A DNA stretch of 64,000 nt from Neophaeotheca triangularis (Eukaryota): assembly GCA_054600435.1 (NCBI GenBank), contig BAAIJX010000035.1, positions 62,001-126,000 of the forward strand. The letters are read 5' to 3'. Below are positions 1 to 10,900 of the stretch, one piece after another. The notes under the pieces were generated by a model. The model saw only the letters and a list, made by a program, of their open reading frames with translations, ran no database searches and had not been told where the DNA came from. The position numbers and the translations under genes are program-made. How positions within the stretch are numbered: position 1 is the first letter of the stretch; each line of letters starts with the position of its first letter.

Positions 1-665
1 GGCAGAGGAAGCGTTGTTGTCGATTCCGGAGTCGTTTGCGAATTGGATCGCGACCTGAACATCTTGGGGGTCGACGTTATCGCTAGCGCTGTTGGAAGCC
101 CGGGCGTGATCGTCGATGTCGTGAGTGTTGGCGAGCGTGCGACCACCAATTTGCTCGATGTACGCCTCAATAATGTCCCCGTCCTCCATCTCGAGCTGTG
201 GGGGTGGATCAGCGGTCGCCTTGGGAGAGGAGGGGGGGGGGGGGAAACTCGTCAAGGCGCAGCAGCGTGAGTCGGTTCACTTACATCAGCGGGCGTCTGG
301 TCGGGCCCAACCCTGTTGCCATCGACCAAGTAGCGCATGCCAGTCTGACCTGTGCGAGCGGAGTGCGCATCCATGACTTTGCCGAGCTTCGTGGTAGATT
401 TGATTTTGAACGTCAACTCATTGCCTTCTTGCGTCTTGACCACGACGGACATGGGCTGAGGCACTGAAGGGTCACCACCACCGCCGGCCGCAGCAGCAGC
501 GGCCTGGTCGGCGCCGTTGTTGGTATTGTCAGGAGTCTCCATGTTGCCGTTTGGGATGTTGGAAGTGGAGTAAGATGGGTTGTTCTCTGGGGACTCCTGT
601 TCTGCGCCTTCGTCCTGGACGGTTGGGGTACGGTAGCCAGAAGGTGCTTGCTGGTGGTCTGTCAT
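1..665 (-). CDS. SUMO-like (Smt3 family) protein with a long C-terminal extension after the di-Gly motif; 3' end lies beyond the window
   Basis: ATG at 665; exon 665-285; intron 284-196 (GTAAGT...GCTGAT...CAG); exon 195-1 stays open to the window edge. Spliced protein reads ...MSVVVKTQEGNELTFKIKSTTKLGKVMDAHSARTGQTGMRYLVDGNRVGPDQTPAD|LEMEDGDIIEAYIEQIGG-RTLANTHDIDD..., matching SUMO hallmarks (FKIK, DG, DQTP, MEDGDII, EQIGG). Confidence 0.85.
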
Positions 666-1150
666 GCTTTTTAGGTGGAGGTGAGGAGGTGGATAGGTGT
701 CTGTTGGTGGTAGGTGTTGTTTTGGAGGGTTGTGAGACAAAGGACGGGCCGTGGGCCGAGGTGAGACTTACGAGTGAAGTCGTTGGTGGAAACACCTAGC
801 AGCTTCCGAGGAAAGTGAGATGGAGGTTGGAGTGGAAGAGTTGTGTGAAAGGTGCCAGTCAGGTAGGTGAGACGAGGGAAGTGAGGTGAGGTGAGGTCAA
901 GACAAAGCCTAAAGAAGAATTAAAGGCTGAGGAATTAAAAGAAGGGGCAATCGTGCAAGCCTGTCACGTGCGCCTCCTTGGGTATCTGGGTACATGTATC
1001 TTACCTACTACTCCTACATTATGCATTTAATCGTTAAACCATCAACACCTTCATCCGATGCGGTCCGATTACTCCTCGCAACAAAGAAGCAACTCCCATC
1101 AACATCCGCCTTTTGTCCTAAAATACGCCGCTTCCCTGGCTCAAGCATGA

Positions 1151-3016
1151 TCATCTCCCGGTAACGGCAGCAATGGCAAGGTCGTCTATGCGCTGCTTGT
1201 ACAGCGCCATGTAATGCATTGTAGGATCCCCGAAAATAACTCCTCGCAACTGATCGTCAGTAGTCATTACAGCCTCGACCCCCTTTGACCTATGTCTTCC
1301 GTGCTGCTCACGCAAGACCACGACATGACCAGCGTTGGAAAGTGTTGATGGCGGCACTGCCCACTTTGGAGGCCGCAATTTCTTCTTCGGAGCTTCAGGC
1401 TTGTGTTTGTCCTTCTTCAATAGCAGTGTCAGAGCGCTACCGCCTTTCTTGGGCTTCTGCGCTGGTTGCTCCGAGACGTACACGGTTTCGGGAGCGGGTG
1501 TTACGATGAGTTTGGCGAGGGAGCGCATGTACGGCAGATCGGCACGCACAACAAGATCACCCTCATTAGCGAAGGAGAGGAAGACGCTCTTTTGCAGACT
1601 CCTGCGGGCTGGCTTCTGGAGTGGCATCAACGAGACTGGAGGTGCACCGAATGTGACACAGTGGACTCTCTTGAATACCCCGGTGAGAGGAGTGAGCTCG
1701 GAGGCGCAATGAGGCGAGGTCGAGAGCATGTGCATGTACAGCAAGGACGCGACGGCTCCGCCAGCAGAGTGTCCCGTGATTAGAAGCGAACTGCTTGATC
1801 TCGAAGGATCTTGCTCCAGCAACTCCCTCAACCGCCTTGCGACCGGCTTGACCATTGATTGAGCGACACCGAGGAATCCGGAATGGCAGGCATTGCCGTC
1901 GTCATCCAAGAAACCGATGGGAGCAGTAGGCGAAAGAGTAAAGTTTACCGCCCAGTCGATGAGATTCTTCTGGGAACCCCGAATAGCGAACACTATCAGG
2001 TTCTGGTCGTCAATAGGTTTGCTCGTCAGAATCATGGCTTTCGTGGCTTTGCCATTACGCCACTGGGCGTCGATGTAATCCTCCCGTTCTCCTCTGCTCG
2101 GCCGCCTGTACACGTCGAGGGACGCTTTACTCGCTTCGCACAACAACCTCCACGCAGGCATGTATACTCTGAGCGGCGGGAGGTACGGTGGTAAACGTGA
2201 ATTCCCATACAACCAGGACTTCTTGAAGTTGAATATGCCGGTGGTGCCCTCTTGTGGGCTCTTCACAGCCGGTGCCGCGGGCGCAGACCTAGTGCTGATG
2301 ATGGGTGGCCGCAACGGAGGGTACGCATGCGCATCTGATCTCCCTCGATAGCCATCGCGCACCAGTTCCTCCAGCTCCTGGTCATCGCCTTCTCCGTCGG
2401 CGTCTATCTTGGCCAGCACATCATTCAACCAAGCGGCGGCTCTGTCACATGCAGCAGCTCCTTGGGTCATTCCCCGAGCAATGGGACAGTCATTGGGTGT
2501 GTCTCTCACAGGCATGTCCGGCGATAGTCTTGGCTTCGTGCTGCTTTGCCATCGCTGCTCTTGTCTGTACGGTCCCGCGAGATGCGAATTGGACCGATAC
2601 CGCCGAGGGTGTCTAGAAGCAATCTGCGACGTTGAGGGCATGGCCATGGTGGAAACGCTGTCCATGGCCTGTCCTGAGAGGTTCAAAGAAGACTGACATG
2701 TTGCTGCAGGCTTCCCGTAGACCGGTTGCGGTGATCGATATGGTATGTATTGAGACGACTGCGACTGGTACGCAGGTTGCTGATAGAATTGTTTCGGTAC
2801 TCTGTTTGGGCGAGGCTGGAGATAAGAGTCGTCGTAGGCTGGATGAGGTGCTCGCGATGGGTTGGTTGAAGAAGGCATGCTCGTTACGTTCTCGTCGAGG
2901 ACTGCGCAAAGGTTGCCATCCTCCTTTGGGGGGGCAGGGATGGCGGCATTTGGACCTTCAAGACTTCTTCGCCGTCTGCGCGAGCAAGCAGCAGAGCCGA
3001 GGGAATCGTGAGGCAT
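1151..3016 (-). CDS. Class 3 lipase family alpha/beta hydrolase with a low-complexity N-terminus
   Basis: 621-aa ORF containing IVFAIRGS, CHSGF, the nucleophile elbow ITGHSAGG, VTFGAPP, NEGDLV and a C-terminal His (PTMHYM). Confidence 0.85.
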   Translation of the reverse strand: MPHDSLGSAACSRRRRRSLEGPNAAIPAPPKEDGNLCAVLDENVTSMPSSTNPSRAPHPAYDDSYLQPRPNRVPKQFYQQPAYQSQSSQYIPYRSPQPVYGKPAATCQSSLNLSGQAMDSVSTMAMPSTSQIASRHPRRYRSNSHLAGPYRQEQRWQSSTKPRLSPDMPVRDTPNDCPIARGMTQGAAACDRAAAWLNDVLAKIDADGEGDDQELEELVRDGYRGRSDAHAYPPLRPPIISTRSAPAAPAVKSPQEGTTGIFNFKKSWLYGNSRLPPYLPPLRVYMPAWRLLCEASKASLDVYRRPSRGEREDYIDAQWRNGKATKAMILTSKPIDDQNLIVFAIRGSQKNLIDWAVNFTLSPTAPIGFLDDDGNACHSGFLGVAQSMVKPVARRLRELLEQDPSRSSSSLLITGHSAGGAVASLLYMHMLSTSPHCASELTPLTGVFKRVHCVTFGAPPVSLMPLQKPARRSLQKSVFLSFANEGDLVVRADLPYMRSLAKLIVTPAPETVYVSEQPAQKPKKGGSALTLLLKKDKHKPEAPKKKLRPPKWAVPPSTLSNAGHVVVLREQHGRHRSKGVEAVMTTDDQLRGVIFGDPTMHYMALYKQRIDDLAIAAVTGR

Positions 3017-3499
3017 GGCGGCTACGGCTGCTTCTGTCGATGGTACCTAGGAGGTAGGTACCGGGGCTACGTCCTAATCTTGGAAGATCAAAAGCTTATG
3101 GTGGGGAGACGGCTCGAGGGTGCTGGCGAGGGTGATTCAGGGCGGGGGCGGAGTCATTCGGGGCGTCCCAATGGTGACTTTCTCCTAGAGCGATGGCTAT
3201 GATGGACGAGGGCGAGGGCAACATTTGGCTCTGGGGGGCCTGTGACCTGTCGGGCGAGCGATCAGAACAAGCCAACAAGCATTATTGCAAAAGGTGCAAA
3301 ATTGCCAGAGCGCTAGAGGTTGCTAAAGGCGACTACAGGCGACTACGGACAGCAAGTGTAGCTAGGGAAGAGTTTAGGTTCCACTTGCACATGCACATGG
3401 GATCGGCAAAACGGTCATCATGCACGCCATCTTGCGCCACTACCTTAATATATTATTTGCCCGTCCTTTTATTATTATTATTTTTATAATTACCCTGTA

Positions 3500-3680
3500 G
3501 GTAGTAGATAGGTACTAGTAGGTAGGTACTAGTAGGTACTAGTAGGTAGAGGTAGGTAGTGCTCCTCACACTGGCATGATGCATCATCATCATCATCATC
3601 ATCATGCCTACCTACCTATTACTGCCGATACCCCTCAGTACCGAGGTAGTAGTAGTAATAGTAATAGTAATAGTAGGGAA
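3500..3680. repeat. Low-complexity microsatellite cluster: TAGGTAC/TAGTAGG repeats, (CAT)8, (TAG/TAA)n
   Basis: (CAT)8 at 3582-3605, repeated gtaggtacta units at about 3510-3550, and agtagt/agtaat units at about 3646-3675. Confidence 0.85.
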
Positions 3681-3975
3681 TCAATTAGATAGGTAGGCAA
3701 AGGCAGAAGACAAGACAGGAGGATAATGGCAAGCGTCGCTGGCGTATTCTTTCAACAATAATAATGAATCTACATGTACCTACCTATTAACACACCTCTC
3801 GCACGGTGGTGGTTCCTACCTACTACTACCTTAGCTACTCTCCCTCTAGGAAGAGTGGTTCATGCTGCCACTAGTACCTCGCACTACCTCTATAACTAAC
3901 CGTCGGCCCATCTTATACCGACAGCCGCTTGCACACCCACACGGGCCACACCCACACACACCTCGACATGTGAGG

Positions 3976-4160
3976 AAGCAAGCAAGCAAGCAAGCAAGCC
4001 TTGAAAGCAAGCTAGCCTTGAAAGAGCTGCAATTGGCCAGCCCTACTGAGGTACGCTTGAGCAACGGCCGCGCGACTATTGACAAACTCACCAAACTCCC
4101 GGGACATGGACAGACAGAGAGACAGACAGAGAGACAACACAGACAGACAGACAGACACAC
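3976..4160. repeat. Tetranucleotide microsatellites (GCAA)n and (GACA/GAGA)n
   Basis: aagcaagcaagcaagcaagcaagc at about 3976-3999; gacagacagagagacagacagagagac...acagacagacagacagac at about 4108-4158. Confidence 0.85.
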
Positions 4161-4838
4161 GGACATACATTGAATACACACTAGTACCTATGTCTGAATG
4201 ACATGACATGGCTGACACTTCCTGCTAACAGCTACCTACAGTACCTTATCGATTCTTCTCGCTCTACTAGGTACTGCCTCTTACCCACAGACCACGCGTT
4301 CCCGCTCTATCGGTAACTTATCCATCGTAACTTCCAATATTATTATTATTATACGACATGACCCGTCTTTGTCTTTTGATTCGATGCCTCTCACCAATAG
4401 CTGCCCGTCCGTCCTGTGCTTGCCCTCTGCCACCCTGCCCACTAACTACCTCATTCGCCGGACAAGGCAGATTGGCCATCACGCGACGCGATTCTTATTT
4501 ACCGTGCCTACCCAAACCGCCACCTCTACGGTGACGCCGGACGACAGGTAAAAGGGCCGTTTTACCCTTTTTTTTTTTCCCTCCCTTTCCTACGAGCGTG
4601 TGATCAACCGAAATGGCCTTCCAACCAGAGCGTGCGCATTGTCATGATGGGTCTAGTTAATCGACGGTGTTGTCGCGAACGTGTTCTAGATTTGTCCTAG
4701 CATTGACGTTATTATCGCCTGTTCCATCACTCAGCACTGCGATTGGTTGGTAGGTACGGTAGCTGCAGCGTGAGCCCGAGATTCGCGCATGATGCATCTG
4801 CTCAAACAGTCACCCACCCACCCACCAATCGATTGGCA

Positions 4839-6957
4839 TCACAGCTTGTAAGTGAACAACGGGCTCCTGTCACCCATCTTCTCAAGCTCCTCCTCCGTGT
4901 ACTTGTCCCTAATCTCCTCTTCGGTGAACTTGGCATTTCTCCGATTCATGTTCCAATACAGCGCCTCCAACGTCAGAGCGCAAATGATACCGGCGGCGGC
5001 AAAAGACAGCGAGCTGCCAAAGCCAGTTGGGTACTTGGGCTTCTCGCTGTCGATGAAAATGTACGAGCCCACGATGCCGCCGCAATTGCCCACGCAAATC
5101 ATAAAGGCGATGCCCATGGCGCGTTTCTGGGGGCCCGCCAGGTTGTTGATTGTCCATGCATTGCAGCCCGGCATGATCGGGTACACGCCTGCGCAGGCCA
5201 GGAAGACGGCAAAGTAGCACACCGCCACGTTGTTCGTGATGTCGCCCGCTTTGCTGAAGAGGATGGCGTACGCTACGATCAGCAGACTTTGGCTGCCTAC
5301 TATAAAGGGCATGCGCCAGCGGAATTTGTCGGCCAGTATAGCTGAGACCAGGGCTGAGACGGCGCCGAGAGCGTACGGAGGTGCTGTGAGCAATTGCGCC
5401 TGGCAGAGTTGTCAAGTTTGATCCTCTTGTCACCGCTCGAGTTGGTTGTACGTACATTGGCACTAGAGTAACCCATGTTGCGGATAATCTGAGGCATCGT
5501 AAATTTGAGCCCGTAGTTTGGCACAGCGTTGGACATGAACACCATGGCTTGCAAGTACAACTAATCTCGCAGTCAGCCTCGCGATACCAGCATCCCAGAC
5601 CTTTGATAGATGTCCACGAACCTGCCAGTCGAACAGCACTTGACGAAGTGTTCGCCATGAAAAGCGTTTCTTCTCGCCAGGCACCTCCACCTGCTTTCGA
5701 AGCCCCCGGTGGACAAAATGATTCAACTCGAGATAGCGAATCTCGTCGTTATTGAGCCAGCGAGAGCTACTAGAAGGATCGTCCGGAAGCAAGAAGTAGG
5801 TAAAGGCGCCAATGACCACGGTAATGATTCCCTCGAGAATGAAGCTTGGTTGGTCAGCCTCGTAGTAACGCAGGTAAAGGGATCAGGATCAGGCTTACAT
5901 CCATCTCCATCCCTCGTAGCCACCTGATCGAAGATCAGCATGACTTGTACGACGTTCTCCGGTCATGTGGGCACCTACCGACTCCATCCATTTGTGCGAT
6001 TCCAGCTGCCAACAGGCCGGAGAAGGCTCCGCTGGCAGCACTCACACAGTAGAAGCAGGCCATCCTGAACTGAGTTTTCTCGGGCGGATACCATTGGCCG
6101 ACAAGATAGATGGCTAGAGCCATTCAGCGATTTGAACAATAGCATGCAATATCAGGCAACACTACTCACCTCCTGGAAAGAAGCCAGCCCTGCATCATTG
6201 TTAGTTGCACGCCCAAATTCAGGACAATAATTCAACCGACTCACTCAGTCAATCCAAGGAAGAACCTCGTAGCCAACAAGCCTCCAAAACTCTGCACGAC
6301 ACCCGTCAAGGTCATAACAGTGCCCCAAGCCAACACGAGAGCCCCGATCCACGTAGACGGCTTCATCCTCGAGAGAACGAGGTTGCTGGGGACTTCTGCC
6401 AGGATATACGGGATGAAGAAGATGGAGAGAGCGACATTGTACTGTCGGATTCGTAAGCCCTTTGCTCCCAGTCAACGGCGATAGCAGCGCAAGCCTTACA
6501 TCGTTCCCCGTCATGTTCAGACTATCTTCAAGACCCTCCAACTTGGCGTTGCCGATGTTCTGTCGAGCCTCACGTCAGTCTCCAGCCTTTCGCCCAACGT
6601 ACCTACATAGCTCCCGGGTCAAAAACCAACCGCGCGATCAATGTGCGAGATGAGATACAGCAGCGCCAGCATGGGCACAAGCCTGACATCAACCTATCGC
6701 ATCATCAGCCCTGATCCAATACAATCCGCCTTGACACCGCAGGCCACTGCACGATCAAAACCGACCTTCTTGAAAATCCTATCGGCCGCTTTCCCGTCAA
6801 TCGAGTGCAAGAACTCGGCGTCCTCGACGCTCAACCCTTTTTGCACATAAGCATCCACGGGCGAGACCCGCTCGACAAAGACATCCGTGGGCTTCTCCAG
6901 AGACGAAGCATCGTCGTCGGGTCTTAGCCCCGCGTGCCGAATAGTCTTGTCGGCCAT
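4839..6957 (-). CDS. MFS transporter, anion:cation symporter (Dal5/Tna1-like) family; multi-exon
   Basis: ATG at 6957 (MADKTIRH...), stop at 4839-4841 (...GDRSPLFTYKL). Exon fragments carry NIGNAK, EVPSN, AGFFPG, WYPP, GWRW and LPDDP, which are typical of ACS-family permeases. Many short GT-AG introns, including exons of about 20-25 nt near 5900 and 6170. Confidence 0.9.
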
Positions 6958-7958
6958 GGTAGTCCAGGGTCGGAAGTCAACAATCCACGGCGTTTCGAGC
7001 GTGAAAAACAAAAATTGGCAAGGGGGAGCGCGACGACGGGACCTTTACAACCTCGCATCTACGTGACGAGGGGTCGCGGGAGTATTATAATACCGCACCT
7101 TCAGCATAGTGACCATTGCGTGGCCCACGGGGCAATAATGCGTGGAGAAGCGGTGGGAACCTACCTTCGATGCGCACGCAAATCAAGGCATGGCAGAGGT
7201 CAGCAAAAAGACGCATCCGCCTCATTCCCGCACGGATCGACATGCTTCCATTCTCTCTACCTCCCCGGAAACAAGGCGTTTACTCAGCATGAGCTTCTCA
7301 AGACGTTCAATGGTCCTTGTGGGAATAATCAGGACGGACTTGAAGATGTCGAAGATGCAACTCAAGACCTTGGCAAGCCTTTCCCCGCCCCTTGGCCAGC
7401 GCTTTTCGATGCTTTGGTTGGAGTTTAGCTTTGCGGTTGTGGGGAAACGGGAGGCATGTAATCAGGTAAGGTATACGTCGATACGAGGCATACGGCTGCT
7501 TCGTAAGGTCCAGTTTTGCTACTCATTAGCCCTTGAGAGGGATGAATATGATACTACTAGGTAGCGTCGAGTTGAAGCCGTTGCGGAGAACGACGCGGAT
7601 CATTCGAGCAAAGAGGCGTCGGCCTGCCTTGACCTGCCAAATGCGATCAATGCAAGTGAATCGTTCATTACGCATCTCAGTCATGGTCGGACCGACCTAC
7701 TTGCGCAATCTGAATCTCCCACTTTCGCCTGGCCTACTGTAATAAGTATCATTGCTCAACATGTAACATGAGAAGGTCCATCGGCCACTGGAGCAGCTCT
7801 TTGCTGGGAAAGATACGTTGCAAGGGTATATTCCGACCTGTAAAAATACATACCCTACCAGCCGAGAAAGCGGGCAATTCACATATCGTTGCTACCTGGC
7901 CGCACACGAAAACCACTCCCCCTCAATCATCGACCTTGCCGCGATGCCCTTGATAGTC

Positions 7959-10900
7959 TTAAGCAAAGTAGCTCTTCCACAGCACACCTTCAAGATCTTC
8001 CAGCTGCTCGGTAGTGAAAGCCTGCAAGAAGGAAGTCATGTCAGCTAGAATGCATTAAAAGAGGGGCTATCGTGATTCTTACCTTTACGTCCACGTGCCA
8101 CGTATCCTGCCTCGTCTTCTTGAAATCGCTGAGCGCAGATTTGACACTCTTCCCCACCATACCGGGATCGCTAGCGGCGCGGCCAGCAAGAGTCGCAAGA
8201 ACCTCCGGCAGCCATTCGGGCGGGGGCGAAGCGTACGGGAACGCTGACACCAGGGCTCCAAGACCCAGCACGGCAGCGTGGCGCGTGAGTACCAGCTTAT
8301 TTTGCTCTTGGGTCGGGGTGTTCGCGCCGCTGGGGCCGTTCTTCGGGCGCCTGGGAAGAGGGTTCTTAATCAGCAAATTGGTGAAATGCTTTTTCAGCTC
8401 GGCGATGGACTTGTTGCGGAAGACGTGGGGCGAGCAGCGAACCATGCCGCTCAGTGTCGCCGCAGCGCCCAAGCGCACTTCGAGTTGGGAATCGTGTAGC
8501 ATTTCTCGGACACAGTGGAAGAGATCATTCGATTGCTTCTCTGGCATCTGGAAGAGCTGGCGGAAGTAGATGACTTGGATGTTGATGAGGATGCGCAACC
8601 GCTGGTGCCAAGATGTGGATCCTGTTCCGATCCTGACGAGAGACGCAACGAAATCGTCAGCCTCACCCTCACGATGCGGGATGTTCGGCAGGTGGCGGTA
8701 GACGTGGTAGGCGAGGGATTGGAGATCCTGGTCTTCCTTGATGTCCATCATGTGCAGGATTTGTTCCATTACCGGAGACGAAAAGAAGGGTATCAACATC
8801 GTGCAATCGTAAGTGGATAGGGAGGTATCCAACCATAGAAGGACGGTCTTGCTTGCCTGGGTGTAGGGTGTTGGTGTTTGAATGCCAGCCGGCCGCTCCA
8901 GGCGCCATTTCTCGAGCCGTTCAAAAACGGTCTGGATGATGCCGCTGTACTCTTCAGTAGGCTGGTAAGGCCGCGTGCCAATCGACGAAGCTGACTTTTG
9001 CGCTTCGAGGAGAGTCGGAATGTCTTTGTAAGACTCGTGGTAGCGAGTGCGGAAGATAGAAGCCAGCGTGGTACCCATAACTTCTCTCACACCTTTGTAA
9101 GGGTGATCCAGATGTTCAAGGAAATCGTCAATGATTGGTTTTTCGAGCTGGAAGTGCCATCCAAGGGCGCTAACGATGTGCGAGAGAAGCGTAATCTTAG
9201 AGCTCTCCTTGAAGGCAGCGTTGGTCTCCATGTCGAGACGGAAGCTTGCTAGCCAATCGACAAGAGGCCAACATCTCCGAGGATCCTTGCCGCCTACGAT
9301 GAGCGTCACGAACGTCGACCAGTACGAGCTATTCTCTGGCGTGAGGCCCTCGTTGAAAATGCGACGCACAATAGGGAAGGCAAAATCCCATATCTGCGTG
9401 CGCAGCTCGTGGTTGAAATCTTCAGAGCTTGACAGCATGGCGGCCAGAATCTCAGATGTGGCGCGATGTTGATGCTTGTCTGTACCATCACCGTAGACTG
9501 CCTGGGTAAGATCCTTGAAGTCTTCAAAAGTCGCTACTGTTAACCCGCTCGCCATGAGATCGAGAGCGTAGCCGACAAGCATTGAGCTGGACATACGAAG
9601 TCGATCCGAGTGATTGTCTCTTGGTTCTTGCTTCAAATACCCAAAGTAGGTAGACAGCCAATGCCGGTCGATGTGCTGACCCATCCTCTTCCGTACATTC
9701 TGCTCGACCTCGTCGTATTCGAGCTTGCTCGCTCCCGTCTGGAAGGCACGAATTTGCTTCTGCCACACCAACCATCCAGGGTAATCGCTGTCGATGTACG
9801 CTTCCGCTGTGGGTTGCGCAAAGCTTTGCAGATACTCCTGAGTCCACCCCGGCTGGTCCCGCTTGGTTTGGATGGTAACTACATCAGGATCGTGTTGACT
9901 ATCCGTGAGGTAGTTTTCGTAGGTGTGGTCCACCAAAGCTCGAGTCTGCGTAAGGTTGAAGGTCGCAATCATAGCGTTGGCGTACAGTGCTCTGAGCTGT
10001 GGATGTGAGTCAATGACTCCTTTGACGACTAAATCGAGCATTCCTTCAGAAGCGATCGTCTCAAAACGGTAGTCCAGACCAATGACCAGAAGTGCTGTAC
10101 GACTCGCTCTTTTCCAATGGGATACTTTAATAGACTCAACAAGTTCAGCAGCAAGCACCGCTTTCTTGCCCTCGATCACGACCTTTCTGTTCTTGATCTT
10201 TGCTTGCTTTGACTCGATCAGAGACTGCGCATCATCCATTGTTCTTGCGATGGTACGGGTGTGCTTCGGAGAACTCGGAGGCGACTCGCTTGGCCAAATT
10301 GCCTTGAGCGTGTCTTGATCTAGGACCACCATACGATCCATAGCTTTGGTCATGTCTTGGATTGTGAGGCTCGAGTTGTTGACTAGTTTCTGCACGCTTG
10401 GTCTGTCGTTCTCTGTGACCTGGATGAACAGCTTGATCAGACGGGGTGCAAATCGCCAATTGCGGCCAATCGGTTTGGCTAGACTACCGAAAAGTAAGGT
10501 GAACATCGCGCCTTTGATTCTCGAGTGGTCTCCCTTCTTCAGCGCCTCCTCTAGTGCGTCCAGCAGAGGCGTAATGACCAACGGCTTGGCGCCAACTACG
10601 CTCTTCATGGCCTGCTCTCCAGCAGACTGTGCGGTCCGGCGGACATCAGTGTAGACTGATGTCGAAGATTGTGCGAGATCGAGCAGGAGCATTTTGTCGA
10701 GTTCAGATGCTGCGCGAGGATGTTCGTTGAAGCGGAGTCGCTGGTAGTGATAGAGGTTCGCCCTCTTCACTAGGAGTGGCCGAGGGTACTGCTTCCTCAA
10801 GCCGCTCAGCTTGAAAGGGTGGATGTCCGCGGCGAGGAGCCGTGTCAGACGGTCAAGCACATGCGCGGAGCGTTCGATTCCAACATCGACGAACCAAGAT

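Noticed and set aside
3573..3608. 9-bp inverted repeat GGCATGATG...CATCATGCC around (CAT)n
   Set aside because: By-product of the microsatellite; too short for a MITE and no target-site duplication seen.
6934..7950. 164-aa and 140-aa plus-strand ORFs and a protein-like minus-strand stretch between the MFS gene and BLM10
   Set aside because: They overlap the MFS promoter or start, the minus-strand frame has an in-frame stop, and I recognise no family. It may be a relic but I cannot support that.
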